A DNA stretch of 64,000 bases, taken from positions 49,182 to 113,181 of the forward strand of contig NIVC01000289.1 in the NCBI GenBank assembly GCA_002269645.1. Reading direction: 5' to 3'. This stretch comes from Macrostomum lignano (Eukaryota). Below, piece after piece: positions 25,301 through 37,017 of the stretch (position 1 is its first letter; the number at the start of each line of letters is the position of its first letter). The notes below the pieces were generated by a model. The model was not told the DNA's origin and did not search any database. It saw only the letters and a list, made by a program, of their open reading frames with translations. The position numbers and the translations under genes were made by a program.

Positions 25301-25503
25301 AGCTCACGGACGAAGCCCTTCGAGCTATTGAAGAATCGCCTGGCTCGCGCAATTTAAAAGTGCTAGTACTGGAGGGCTGCTCCAGGATTGAGAACAGTAG
25401 GAAGGCTGCTGAGAGACTGCAGAAATCCCTGGTTAGACTTGACCAGTGCCTGCTGCGACAGGACAGCGGCACTGGTGACTGTGCTCAATGCTGCCTGCTC
25501 TAG
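19367..25503 (+). CDS. F-box/leucine-rich-repeat protein (FBXL family, AMN1/CC-type LRRs) with C-terminal CaaX
   Basis: Exons 19367-19777, 20736-21032, 21834-22143, 22927-23570 and 24994 (or 25003)-25503. All introns are GT-AG with compatible phases (0,0,1,0). F-box: LDQLPSVILARVFSYLNQQTLLECMLVCKSWHKLI. LRRs: LRRLHLTACHRLTDSAL, LRLLRLEPCTLVTDQGI, LQRLHLSGCEQLTDEAL. The protein ends CAQCCLL*. An upstream exon cannot be excluded. Confidence 0.9.
19905..20640. repeat. 23-bp minisatellite (CTCAATGAGAATCGTCTGAAAAT) with internal palindrome TCTCA-N-TGAGA; FBXL intron 1
   Basis: Units counted at 22-23 bp. An 11-unit block is duplicated (20001 vs 20253, period 252). Confidence 0.93.
21135..21665 (+). 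repeat. 28-bp minisatellite (CTCAGTTGCTGAGCCCATCTCCCAGATC); FBXL intron 2
   Basis: Tandem periodicity; same family as 22205-22875 (inverted) and 32470-33320. Confidence 0.95.
22205..22875 (-). repeat. 28/31-bp minisatellite, reverse-oriented copy of the CTCAGTTGCTGGGCCAGCCTCCCAGATC family; FBXL intron 3
   Basis: Plus strand reads CAGCAACTGAGGATCTGGGAGGCTGGCC, the reverse complement of the family unit. Confidence 0.95.
23615..24950. repeat. Composite 20-21 bp minisatellites (ATCCCTAATCGACTGATCCC, then TTAGCCAGATCCCATTCTCA); FBXL intron 4
   Basis: Successive related arrays with an internal duplication of about 100 bp. Confidence 0.9.
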
Positions 25504-25974
25504 TTTGTGCTCATCTTTTTTGGCCTATACTATTTCGCTAGAATGACGTATTCAGTATCATAGGCTCGAATCTTTTTTTTCAACACAAAATTGTCAATTT
25601 CAAGTCGTCTGACTCTCGCAACTGGGACCGTGTGTGAGCGTGTGTGTGTGCGTGTGTGAAAAGTACAAATTACCTTTTTAGAGAAGATTCTGTTGATAGT
25701 TGGAAAGTGTCAGTCTAAAAATTTGGTGCATTTTAGAGAGACTGTGAGTCTTCAAATTAGTTTTTATGTAATACGTAATTTAAAAATTGTTATTTCGTCT
25801 TTTTTTTTATCTTAAGTTCTCCTTGCTACTCAATCTGTAAGTAGTAAATAAGTGTGATGTATTGAGTTGTTATTGAGTTATCTTTTGTGTGTAAGCAATA
25901 TAAGCTATTTAACTTATGTATTTTAGGACAGACCCCTACTCCACTCTTTACCACTCCGGCTGGGTCCTCGTCTA

Positions 25975-26630
25975 TTGACCTAAATCCTAACCCTAACATT
26001 AATCATCTATATCTAACCTAAATTATAACCCCAATTTAAGCCCTACCTAAATCCCAACGTAAACCTAAATCCTAGCCTAAACCTAAAGCCTAAGGGGGGC
26101 CGTAGCCCAGCCCAGCGGTAGCGCAGCTGCTCTGGTGTGCCAGCGACCCAGGCTCGATTCCAAGTGCAGTCACATTAATTTGGGGCTGAATTGGAATCTC
26201 GGCTTGCCTCTGCTCGTGCAATTAACGGCCTTGAGAGCCAACCCCCCCAAGGCGCAGTGAAGTGTACATGCCTAACGATAATATAAAGTTAGGGCCGCTG
26301 TACACTCCTGTGTGAGTGTGTGCCTGCGTACGTATCCGCGCGCTTGTATGCCTGCTCAGGGGAGTCTGCGGAATGGGCAGCAATGCCTCTCGCCGGTTGT
26401 GTGCCCATGTCGCTTAAAGTGCGCCAGGGTGCACACAACCCCCCTGCCTCTAATAAAAAAATAACCTAAAGCCTAACCTTAACCCTACGTAAATCCTAAC
26501 CTAAAACGTAAAGCCTTACCTAAATCTAACCTTAACCTAAACCCTACCTAAACGGAAACCCTAACCTAAATTCTAACCACAATCTAAACTCAAACCTAAA
26601 TTCTAGCCTTAACCTAAACCACAATCTAAA
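25975..26630. repeat. Degenerate telomere-like (CCTAAA/CCTAAC)n tract, split by a SINE
   Basis: Imperfect CCTAAM hexamers at 25975-26093 and 26463-26630. Confidence 0.75.
26094..26462 (+). mobile_element. tRNA-derived SINE, 369 bp
   Basis: tRNA-like head GGGGGGCCGTAGCCCAGCCCAGCGGTAGCGC with an A-box and B-box GGCTCGATTCC (26151-26161). A-rich tail AATAAAAAAAT. 14-bp TSD AACCTAAAGCCTAA at 26080-26093 and 26463-26476. Confidence 0.85.
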
Positions 26631-27557
26631 TAATGAAAAGAACAAACGCATTCTTACTTGCTACTGAACTGAAAGTAGTAAATAGTGAATCTCTATGAAG
26701 CAGCAAGTTTGTCTGTGCTTTTCTTTCTTTAAAACTAATAATTAAATATTTATATTAAAGCAAGCCGTTATCCTTCAAATGTGTCATTTCGAGTGCAATA
26801 AAATTAATACCAATACACACCTTTTTCCTTTTTGACAACTTTTTTTTAAAAATATTGCTATGCATATAATGCTTTTTAGAGTTGTAGGGATATTTTACCA
26901 TATTAATTATGCTTTACTTTACCAATTGGTAGAATTTTGATGTGTTTTCCTCTTCGAAATTCTTCATTTCCATCTAGTCCCGATAATATTTTTATAGTTG
27001 TTGTATTTTATTTTTTATGTTGTTGCGTAAGGTTTTAATCAATTTGTTTCGATAATATTTTTAATCTCAATTATTCGACATGTGTCTCTCATATCCTTGT
27101 TTAAATTCTGTGTTATTTCATTTAACTTGAATAATTTTATTTATGTAGAAACCGAATTTCGAGTCAGTTTACAAGCTGTCAAAGCATTTTTCCTCTGTGT
27201 TAAATTGTGTTCTTGATAAATAATTAATACATATATGCGTTTTTCTGCCTTTTCTGTCAAGCAATTACTGCAAAATTTGCACAATTCTACTTGCTTATGA
27301 GGTTTGGCTAATAAGTAGTATATATGGCGTTAATGTATGCGTCTGATTTTCAATTTCGCGAGTAGTATTTATGTAGTAGAGAGAATTTTCACTTCGTATT
27401 TTTACCTAAAGCGAACACGTGCTAATTAGTTAATGCATGTTGACAATAATTATTGATTTGCATGACTTGCTTGCACCAGCTGTGCGCTTTTATTGCTGAA
27501 TTATTTTATTTTTTATATTGCAGTTCATATTTGCCTCCTGCGAGTTTTACTATAAAT

Positions 27558-28368
27558 CAGGGGTCGGCAAACTCCAGCTCGCCAAGCCTCTCTATCCGGC
27601 CCTATGGGTAATTTGACAATTCACAATAGCAATCCGGCCCTCTCAAGACTTGTGTTCTCAGCTCTCTTCTCCCCTCTCTTCCCTCTCTCCCCTCCCCCTC
27701 TCCTCTCTCCGCTCCTTCCTATCTCCTCTCTCCCTCTTCCCTCTCCCCTCTCTCCCCTCTCCCCTCTCTACCCTCTCTCCCCTCCCCCCTCTCCTCTCTC
27801 TTCCCTCTCCCCTCTCTTCCCTCTCTCCCTCCCCCTCTCCTCTCTCCGCTCCTTCCTATCTCCTCTCTCCCTCTTCCCTCTCCCCTCTCTCCCCTCTCCC
27901 CTCTCCCCTCTCTACCCTCTCTCCCCTCCCCCCTCTCCTCTCTCCGCTCCTTCCTATCTCCTCTCTCCCTCTTCCCTCTCCCCTCCCTCCCCTCTCTTCC
28001 CTCTCCCCTCTCTACCCTCTCCCCTCTTCCCTCTCCCGTCTCCTCTTCTCTCTTATCTCCCCTCTCTCCTCTCTCCTCTCCCCCTCTCCTCTCCTCTCTC
28101 CGCTCCTTCCTCTCCCTCTCCCCTCTCCCCCTCTCCCCTCTCCCCTCTTCCCTCTCCCGTCTCCTCTCCTCTCTTATCTCCCCTCTCTCCTCTCTCCTCT
28201 CCCCTCTTCTCTCCTCCCTCTTCTCTCCTCTTCTATCTTTTCTTTCATCCTATCTTTCGTTTCTCCTCTCTTCTCTCATCGCTCGTCTTCTATTGTCTCT
28301 CCTTTCCACTCTCATCTGCCCCGCAGCCATAAATTCTCTATCTGTCTCTAAAAGTTCGCCGACCCCTG
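27558..28368. mobile_element. hAT (Charlie-like) MITE filled with a CT-rich tandem array (about 27660-28310)
   Basis: TIRs CAGGGGTCGGCAAACT / AGTTCGCCGACCCCTG; 8-bp TSD CTATAAAT / CTATAATT. Confidence 0.88.
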
Positions 28369-29029
28369 CTATAATTGTCAGCCTAATCTTTATAGTGTAT
28401 CCGTTTTAATTATTGTTTCATTTAAAAATCTATAATTATCATAACTTTAAAATGACTAATAGATTAAGGACGATTTTTGAAGTATTAGTAGTGTCTAATT
28501 AATAGCTGTTTAATTAATAATAGTAAAATTCTATAGAAAATCGCCAAAAAATAATCAATAATTATATACGAATGCATATTACTATAAGTAGCATTACAAA
28601 TACGAGTGTATATACAAGTTTTTCTTCTAGCACTCAATTAGTGAAGTTTTATTCACATGTGCAACATCTATTTAATTATGATAATACTAAGTGTTGCACT
28701 GTTCTGTTTCTTTTACTTGTATTTAATGTTATACTACTTTTGCTAATGTTATATTTTACTAAGATGCAGGTGGATGGAATGCACTGATTATCATCTCAGT
28801 GAATGAAAAGAAATATTTTGCAAGCTATTAGAAAGTTAAATAGCAGAATCGTAAAAAACTGTTTGAAAGTGTTTTTGCGATTAAAATCGATTTTAATAAA
28901 TAAACAATAAGTGGTTGGATTGCATGTAGACTATGTTTACGCGTATTAAGCCTATTTTTTGTTTACTGTTTATTTGAAAATCGTTGCAGAATTGAATAAC
29001 GACTAATTCAAATATAATTAGACAGGTAA

Positions 29030-30945
29030 ATTGGATTGTGACAGGTAGTGATAGATTAGTGACAGGTGGGGATAGATTAGTGACAAGTGGGGATAGATTA
29101 GTGACAAGTGGGGAAAGATTAGTGACAAGTGGGGAAAGATTAGTGACAAGTGGGGATAGATTAGTGACAGGTGGGGATAGATTAGTGACAGGTGGGGATA
29201 GATTAGTGACAGGTGGGGATAGATTAGTGACAAGTGGGGAAATGATTTATGACAGGTGGGGATAGATTAGTGACAGGTGGGGATAGATTAGTGACAGGTG
29301 GGGATAGATTATTGACAAGTGGGGAAATGATTTATGACAGGTGGGGATAGATTAGTGACAGGTGGGGATAGATTAGTGACAGGTGGGGATAGATTAGTGA
29401 CAGATGGGGATAGATTAGTGACAAGTGGGGATAGATTAGTGACAAGTGGGGATAGATTAGTGACAGATGGGGATAGATTAGTGACAAGTGGGGATAGATT
29501 AGTGACAAGTGGGGAAAGATTAGTTACAGGTGGGGATAGATTAGTGACAGATGGTGATAGATTAGTGACAGGTGGGGATAGATTAGTGACAGATGGTGAT
29601 AGATTAGTGACAGGTGGGGATAGATTAGTGACAGGTGGGGATAGATTAGTGACAGGTGGGGATACATTAGTGACAGGTGGGGATAGATAAGTGACAAGTG
29701 GGGTTAGATTAGTGACAGGTGTGGATAGATTAGTGACAAGTGGGGATAGATTAGTGACAGGTGGGGATAGATTAGTGACAGGTGGGGATACATTAGTGAC
29801 AGGTGGGGATAGATTAGTGACAGGTGGGGATAGATTAGTGACAGGTGGGGATAGATTAGTGACAGGTGGGGATACATTAGTGACAGGTGGGGATAGATTA
29901 GTGACAGGTGGGGATACATTAGTGACAGGTGGGGATAGATAAGTGACAAGTGGGGTTAGATTAGTGACAGGTGTGGATAGATTAGTGACAAGTGGGGATA
30001 GATTAGTGACAGGTGGGGATAGATTAGTGACAGGTGGGGATAGATTAGTGACAGATAGTGATAGATTAGTGACAGGTGGGGATAGATTAGTTACAGGTGG
30101 GGATAGATTAGTGACAAGTGGGGATAGATTAGTGACAAGTGGGGATAGATTAGTGACAAGTGGGGATAGATAGTGACAAGTGGGGATAGATAGTGACAGA
30201 TGGTGATAGATTAGTGACAGGTGGGGATAGATTAGTGACAGATGGTGATAGATTAGTGACAGGTGGGGATATATTAGTGACAGGTGGGGATAGATTAGTG
30301 ACAGGTGGGGATAGATTAGTGACAGATGGGGATAGATTAGTGACAAGTGGGGATAGATTAGTGACAAGTGGGGATAGATTAGTGACAGATGGGGATAGAT
30401 TAGTGACAAGTGGGGATAGATTAGTGACAAGTGGGGAAAGATTAGTTACAGGTGGGGATAGATTAGTGACAGATGGTGATAGATTAGTGACAGGTGGGGA
30501 TAGATTAGTGACAGGTGGGGATAGATTAGTGACAGTTGGGGATAGATTAGTGACAGGTGGGGATAGATTAGTGACAGGTGGGGATAGATTAGTGACAGGT
30601 GGGGAGGTGGGGATAGATTAGTGACAAATGGTGATAGATTAGTGACAAGTGGGGATAGATTAGTGACAGGTGGGGATAGATTAGTGACAGATGGGGATAG
30701 ATTAGTGACAAGTGTGGATAGATTAGTGACAGATGGGGATAGATTAGTGACAGGTGGGGATAGATTAGTGACAGGTGGGGATAGATTAGTGACAAGTGGG
30801 GAAAGATTAGTTACAGGTGGGGATAGATTAGTGACAGATTGGGATAGATTAGTGACAAGTGGGGATAGATTAGTGACAAGTAGGGATAGATTAGTGACAG
30901 GTGGGGATAGATTAGTGACAGGTGCTGACAGATCAGTGACAGATT
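29030..30945. repeat. 21-bp minisatellite (GTGACAGGTGGGGATAGATTA), about 90 copies, ending about 100 bp upstream of the RRM gene ATG
   Basis: 7-aa periodic ORFs on both strands; 252-bp higher-order duplication (29691 vs 29943). Confidence 0.97.
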
Positions 30946-31048
30946 AGCGACTCATAGCCGCACCCTAACCTGAACGGTTGCAGCGCATTCGGATTAAGAG
31001 ATTATCCGTTCTCTCAACTCTCAGTTGACGGCCCCGAAATTCAACATC

Positions 31049-32104
31049 ATGGTGAAACTATTCGTCGGCAATATCAACGATCCCCGGTCGGACATGGAAG
31101 ACCGGCTTCGATCGGCATTCGCAGCCTACGGCCTGGTGACCGAGTGCAGTTTAATGCGCGACTACGCCTTCGTGCACATGGACTCGGAGCTGGCCGCTAG
31201 AGAGGCTGTCAGGCGGCTGCACGGCTCCCTAATTGGCAATTGCCGCGTGAATGTGGAATTCAGCCGCAGCTCCGGCGATAGAAGAGGAGGCAGCGCCGCC
31301 TCAGGCGGGAGGCGGGGCGGCGGCGGCGGTGGCAGCGGCGCGTCCTCGGCCGCTCTGGTGGCTTCCATGCAGCAGCGTCAGCAACAGCAGCAGCAGCAGC
31401 AACAGCAAATGCCGCAGCAGTCGCACCTGACTCACCTGCCGCCGCCGATAGCTTTCGACTCTTCCGGCGGAGGTGGAGGCGGAGGCGGAGGCGGAGGCGG
31501 TGGGATCGGCAATTTATTTGTTGGCAACGGCCTGGGCCCGGTCACTTATCAGCAAATGCAGCAGAACCAGCAATATCAGCAGTATTATAACTATTATAAT
31601 GGCAATAATAGCAATGTTATTATTAGTAGTAGCGGTGGTACTATTACTACTAATAATGCTACTAATGGGATTCTTGGCGGCAGCAGCGGCGGTTTCAATT
31701 CGGCCAGCGTGCCGCCATTGGGCGGTATTGGCTTAGGCATCGGGGGCTTGGATCTGCAGCCCCAGCAGCAGCCCATTGTGTCCAACAGCTTCGGCCTATC
31801 GCCATTCCCTACCGGCCAGCAGCCTCAACAATCCACCAATGTGTTGTCTAGCAGACCCACTACTACAGCTGCTACTAACGGTAGTAACAATAGTAGCTCA
31901 GTAAATGCCAACAGTCACAATACCAGTCTGAGGTTTGTCGGCGTCTCGGCGACCGCCGCACCCGGCGGACCCGTGGTGCTGACGCCGACTACTACAACGG
32001 CAAACCGGCAATTTCCCGGAGCTGCGGTCAGCGGCGGCGGCGGGAGCATCACTGCCGAACGAGATGTTCGCCGATACCATCCCTATGTGGATGGGCCGAG
32101 ATAA
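31049..32104 (+). CDS. Intronless RBM4/Lark-like single-RRM protein with G/Q/N/Y-rich low-complexity tail (351 aa)
   Basis: MVKLFVGNI (RNP2)...ECSLMRDYAFVHMD (RNP1)...INVE-like VNVEFSRS resembles RBM4 RRM1. It is followed by polyG, polyQ and QQYQQYYNYYNGNNSN. A C-terminal RRYHPY fits a PY-NLS. Confidence 0.88.
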   Translation: MVKLFVGNINDPRSDMEDRLRSAFAAYGLVTECSLMRDYAFVHMDSELAAREAVRRLHGSLIGNCRVNVEFSRSSGDRRGGSAASGGRRGGGGGGSGASSAALVASMQQRQQQQQQQQQQMPQQSHLTHLPPPIAFDSSGGGGGGGGGGGGGIGNLFVGNGLGPVTYQQMQQNQQYQQYYNYYNGNNSNVIISSSGGTITTNNATNGILGGSSGGFNSASVPPLGGIGLGIGGLDLQPQQQPIVSNSFGLSPFPTGQQPQQSTNVLSSRPTTTAATNGSNNSSSVNANSHNTSLRFVGVSATAAPGGPVVLTPTTTTANRQFPGAAVSGGGGSITAERDVRRYHPYVDGPR

Positions 32105-32469
32105 TCCTGTTGGGCAGCTGATGCTCTTGGTTCAATTGTGATTGATTGATTTATTACCAGTGCATGCCTGGCGTTTATGAAATGTATTTTTTTATAAATC
32201 CTATTTGGCTCTTTCACTGCTGCCAGCGGGTTATTGTTGTTTGACGAGACTGAGAGGCTTGTGGGTCTTTTTTTAATCTGCATTTTCTAAGACTAGCAAA
32301 ACTCGTTGTTGAATTGTTGACTATTTGTTGAATGTGCGTTTATTTCTACAGTTATAGATTAACAATTCGACTCGAAATCGTATTAGATTTACGCAAAAGG
32401 AGCCTGTTTCATAACTGCATTCTCTGAGAAGATTGTGAAAAGTGTTTAATTCACCACTTACCTCAAAGT

Positions 32470-33320
32470 GTACTCAGTTGCTGGGTCGGCCTCCAAGATC
32501 CTCAGTTGCTGGGCCAGCCTCCCAGATCTATAGTTGCTGGGCCAGCCTCTCAGATCCTCAGTTGCTGGGCCAGCCTCCAAGATCCTCAGTTGCTGGGCCA
32601 GCCTCCCAGATCCTCAGATGCAGGGCCAGCCTCTCAGATCCTCAGTTGCTGGGCCAGCCTCCAAGATCCTCAGTTGCTGGGCCAGCCTCCCAGATACTCA
32701 GTTGCTGGGCCAGCCTCCCACATTCTCAGTTGCTGGGCCAGCCTCCCAGATTCTCAGTTGCTGGGCCAGCCTCCCAGATCCTCAGTTGCTGGGCCAGCCT
32801 CCCAGATTCTCAGTTGCAGGGCCAGCCTCCCAGATTCTCAGTTGCAGGGCCAGCCAGCCTTCGAGATCCTCAGTTGCTGGTCCAGCCTCCCAGATTCTCA
32901 GTTGCTGGGCCAGCCTTCGAGATCCTCAGTTGCTGGGCCAGCCTCCCAGATCTTCAGTTGCAGGGCCAGCCTCCCAGATCCTCAGTTGCTGGGCCAGCCT
33001 CCCAGATCCTCGGTTGCTGGGCCAGCCTCCCAGATCCTCAGTTGCTGGGCCAGCCTTCCAGATCCTCGGTTGCTGGGCCAGCCTCCCAGATCCTCAGTTG
33101 CAGGGCCAGCCAGCCTTCGAGATCCTCAGTTGCTGGTCCAGCCTCCCAGATTCTCAGTTGCTGGGCCAGCCTTCGAGATCCTCAGTTGCTGGGCCAGCCT
33201 CCCAGATCTTCAGTTGCAGGGCCAGCCTCCCAGATCCTCAGTTGCTGGGCCAGCCTCCCAGATCCTCGGTTGCTGGGCCAGCCTCCCAGATCCATAGTTG
33301 CTGAGCCAGCCTCCCAGATA
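32470..33320 (+). repeat. 28-bp minisatellite (CTCAGTTGCTGGGCCAGCCTCCCAGATC), same family as in FBXL introns 2 and 3
   Basis: Tandem periodicity with a higher-order block of about 256 bp (32851 vs 33107). Confidence 0.95.
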
Positions 33321-34029
33321 TTCATTTTCTGGGCCACTGTCTCGCGTCACAACTAAAGCATCAATGGCTGCTGTATGAAACGGCCTCCTTACTAGCAGAA
33401 TAAAATTAATCAATCATGAACTGATCAATATAGCATACAATGCGACGATTTGTGATGAACAGAAGCTACAATAGCACTGCCAGTGTACACACAAACACAC
33501 TCTCTCCCTGACTCTGCCCATTTTTCTTTGTTAGCCTGCGTGTTTGATAGCGTCCAATGAATGAACCTGCTAACCCTTAACCCCTCTCGTTTCTGTCAGC
33601 TCTGAGACGGGAATTTAATAGTACTTGACTTGCTTATGTACTATCATAATTATGCAGACATGTTGCTTCTTCTGTCTGCTGTCTACTGACTGTATTTTCT
33701 GTTTTTTTTTCTTAAGCTCTGCTTGTCAGATTTGCTTGCGTATGAGTAACAAAAATGAATTGCAAAATGGATTTTATTTCAGCTGCAGTGCTGCAATAGA
33801 CTTAAATGGCTTTAGTTTGCTTGGCATTACGAGCCTATTGTTCAATTAGAACAATGAACGTTTAGCGTGCTAAACCGCTATAACTACTTCGTAGGCGTCT
33901 GTCTGTTGAGTTTTGCGCTATTGTTTTGAATTTGTTTTATAAATTGTATAAATCTCTTTCTACGCGCCACCTGAGCTAACCCAGTATATCTTCGATACAG
34001 CTCCTAGCAACTCTTTGTCGCTGCTTTGT

Positions 34030-34990
34030 TTTCCTCTGTCTTCCTTGACTCTCCTTTGTCTCTCTTTATTCCCCTCTCTTCATCCCTCTCTCTATATTCC
34101 CCTCTCTTCCTTCCTCTCTTTATATTCCCCTCCCTTCCTCTCTCTATATTCCCCTCTCTTCCTTTCTCTCTCTTTATTCCTCTCTCCTCATTCCTCTCTC
34201 TTTATTCCCCTCTCCTCATTCCTCTCTCTTTATTCCCCTCTCCTCATTCCTCTCTCTTTATTCCCCTCTCTTCATTCCTCTCCCTTCCCCTCTCTTCATT
34301 CCTCTCCCTTTATTCCCCTCTCTTCATTCCCCTCTTTCCCTTCCCCCTCTCCCTTCCCCTCCCTTCCCCTCTCCCTTTCCCTCTCTTCATTCCCCTCCCT
34401 TCCCCTCTCTTCATTCCCCTCTTTCCCTTTCCTTCTCCCTCTCTCTTCATTACCCTCTCTTCATTCCTCTCTCTTTATTCCCCTCTCCTCATTCCTCTTT
34501 CTTTATTCCCCTCTCCTCATTCCTCTCTCTTTATTCCCTTCTCTTCATTCCTCTCCCTTCCCCTCTCTTCATTCCTCTCCCTTTATTCCCCTCTCTTCAT
34601 TCCCCCCTTTCCCTTCCCCCTCTCCCTTCCCCTCCCTTCCCCTCTCCCTTTCCCTCTCTTCATTCCCCTCCCTTCCCCTCTCTTCATTCCCCTCTTTCCC
34701 TTTCCTTCTCCCTCTCTCTTCATTACCCTCTCTGCATTCATTCCCCTCTCTCCTCTACCCTCTGCATTCCCCTCTCTTCATTAATTCCCATTTCTCCTTT
34801 CACATCTCTCCCTTCTTATCTCTCCCTTCCTCCCTCTCTCCTTTTCTTTATTACCCTCTCTTCATTACCCTCACTTCATTCATTCCCCCTCTCTCTTCCC
34901 CTCTCTGCATTTCCCTCTCTGCCTTTCTCTTCATTACCTTCTCTCCCGTCACTTTCTCCCCTCATCTTTTTATTATCCTCCATTTGTTTC
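34030..34990. repeat. CT-rich degenerate tandem repeat
   Basis: Pyrimidine-rich TTCATTCCCCTCTC-type units; 273-bp internal duplication (34271 vs 34544). Confidence 0.9.
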
Positions 34991-36227
34991 CAGATTTGCC
35001 TTTCCTCTGTACAGCAGGCGTCAAAATCATCCCTAGCAACTAGAGTTCCTCTGCACTTCTCCTAGCAACCAACAACCAACACTATCTATATCTAATATTT
35101 ATCGTCATCATTCTTTGCTCCCCGCCAGCAATTATTTTCAAAATAGATAAAAATCCGCTTCCTAAAGGTAGTTCCGCTTTTTAATATTAATTATTTTTTT
35201 AAACTTTAGTTTTATTGCCCATCAATGCTTGAACTGTCCACTGTAGGTTCGCTCTGTAGTTTGGAAACCACCTCTCTATTTTTTAATTGTTTAAAACCGC
35301 TTTGTAGCCTACTAAAAGTAAATACTTGGAGTTCTTTAACTAATATTTCCATTACGTTCTCTCTGGCGCGTCTCCCCCCCCTCAATCGCGTTCGCTATTC
35401 TCGTCCTAGCCTAATGCGATGTTTTTTGCCTCAGTCTTGTGAATTGTTATTTATTCTTCGAGTCTTGCGTTGCTCTCCTACTTGCAGTAGTGCGTGTGCG
35501 TGTGCGTAGCCGCAGTGTAATAACCGGTCTAATTATTATATAGAATTTAGACATCTCGCCGCGATTGTCATACTTACTAATGCGCTCGATTTGAAAATGC
35601 TTGTCCTATTATATTGGGCCTGTCTGGCCGTGTGTTAGCCGTAGCAACTTATATTCAGCTCCTTTATATTACTTAATGCGTCACCATGGAAACTGTCCTG
35701 CGTTCCCCAGTTCTATTAATATAATTTTTCTAATATCAGGTAGGTTATAGTTTTTCTACAACTGTCCCACCCCCTCGGCCCTTCGCCCAGCTGTGTCATT
35801 CATTCACGCGTCTCATCTCATATTTTCACATCGCGTTGCATTACTCTGCTGTTTTGTCTCCCTTTGATTGGTTGGGTGTGTGTGTCTGTTTTTCTCTGCT
35901 GATTTTCTCTCTTCACAGTTTCTTGAGCTTGTCTGTCTTCAAGACATGTTTTCTATAGTATGTGTACATTTTTAATTATTATTGTTACTATTATTATTCT
36001 TATAAAATAAAACCTGCATCACTGAGAGAGTAGTGCGTTTCGTTTTTAGCAACCGACGAAAAATACCCGATTCGTGTGAGAAGAGAGATTTAATTGTATA
36101 ATAACAACCACAGCACCGAAGGATGAAAATAAAACTGAAAAGAATTCAATGCATAAATTAATTGCTTTCTGCTTCAATACTGCGTTGCTTTAACTCATTG
36201 TTTTTTATTTAGTTGTTGCCTAGCTGA

Positions 36228-36945
36228 GCCTGTCCTGTCATGTCCTATCCTGTCCTGTCATGTCCTGTCCTATGTCCTGTCCTATAATGTCCTGTCCTAT
36301 GTCCTGTCCTATCCTGTCCTGTCATGTCCTGCCCTGTCCTGTCATGTCCTATCATGTCCTGTCATGTCCTGTCCTGTCATGTCCTGTCATGTCCTGTCCT
36401 ATCCTGTCCTATCATGTCCTGTCATGTCCTGTCCTGTCATGTCCTGTCATGTCCTGTCCTATCCTGTCCTGTCATGTCCTGCCCTGTCCTGTCATGTCCT
36501 ATCATGTCCTGTCATGTCCTGTCCTGTCATGTCCTGTCATGTCCTGTCCTATCCTGTCCTATCATGTCCTGTCATGTCATGTCCTGTCCTGTCATGTCCT
36601 GCCCTGTCCTGTCATGTCCTGTCATGTCCTGTCCTATCCTGTCCTGTCCTATGATGTCCTGTCCTATGATGTCCTGTCATATCCTGTCCTGTCATGTCCT
36701 GTCCTGTCCTGTCCTGTCATGTCCTGCCCTATGTCCTGTCCTATAATGTCCTGTCATGTCCTATCATGTCCTGTCATGTCCTATCATGTCATGTCCTGTC
36801 CTGTCCTGTCCTGTCATGTCCTATCATGTCCTGTCATGTCCTGTCCTATCCTGTCCTGTCATGTCCTGTCTTGTCCTGTCCTATCATGTCCTGTCCTGTC
36901 ATGTCCTGCCCTGCCCCATCATTTTCTGCTTAATCATGTCCTGCC
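36228..36945. repeat. Pentamer microsatellite (GTCCT/GTCAT/ATCCT)n upstream of the first identified DOCK exon
   Basis: 5-bp periodicity; the Cys/Pro/Ser-rich ORFs are its translations. Confidence 0.95.
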
Positions 36946-37017
36946 CTCCATTGTCGGCCATAAAAAAGGCAATAGTAATCCCTTAGATTTATGTAAATCA
37001 GCAAGTTAGTCACCCAG

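Noticed and set aside
26094-26175. Functional tRNA gene
   Set aside because: The A-box is duplicated, no clean cloverleaf or acceptor stem is evident, and the sequence continues into a SINE body with tail and TSD.
25975-26630. True telomere or chromosome-fusion site
   Set aside because: The repeats are highly degenerate, short and in a single orientation.
29018-30947. Long periodic ORFs (also 32442-33356, 34015-35043, 36260-37009, 43000-44457, 47616-48452, 50099-50821, 55925-56701)
   Set aside because: They are translations of stop-free tandem repeats, open in several frames or on both strands, and mostly lie inside introns defined by flanking exons.
33440-33510. Candidate DOCK first exon (MRRFVMNRS...)
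   Set aside because: No convincing donor and no clear similarity to the DOCK-C N-terminus; the start is left unresolved.
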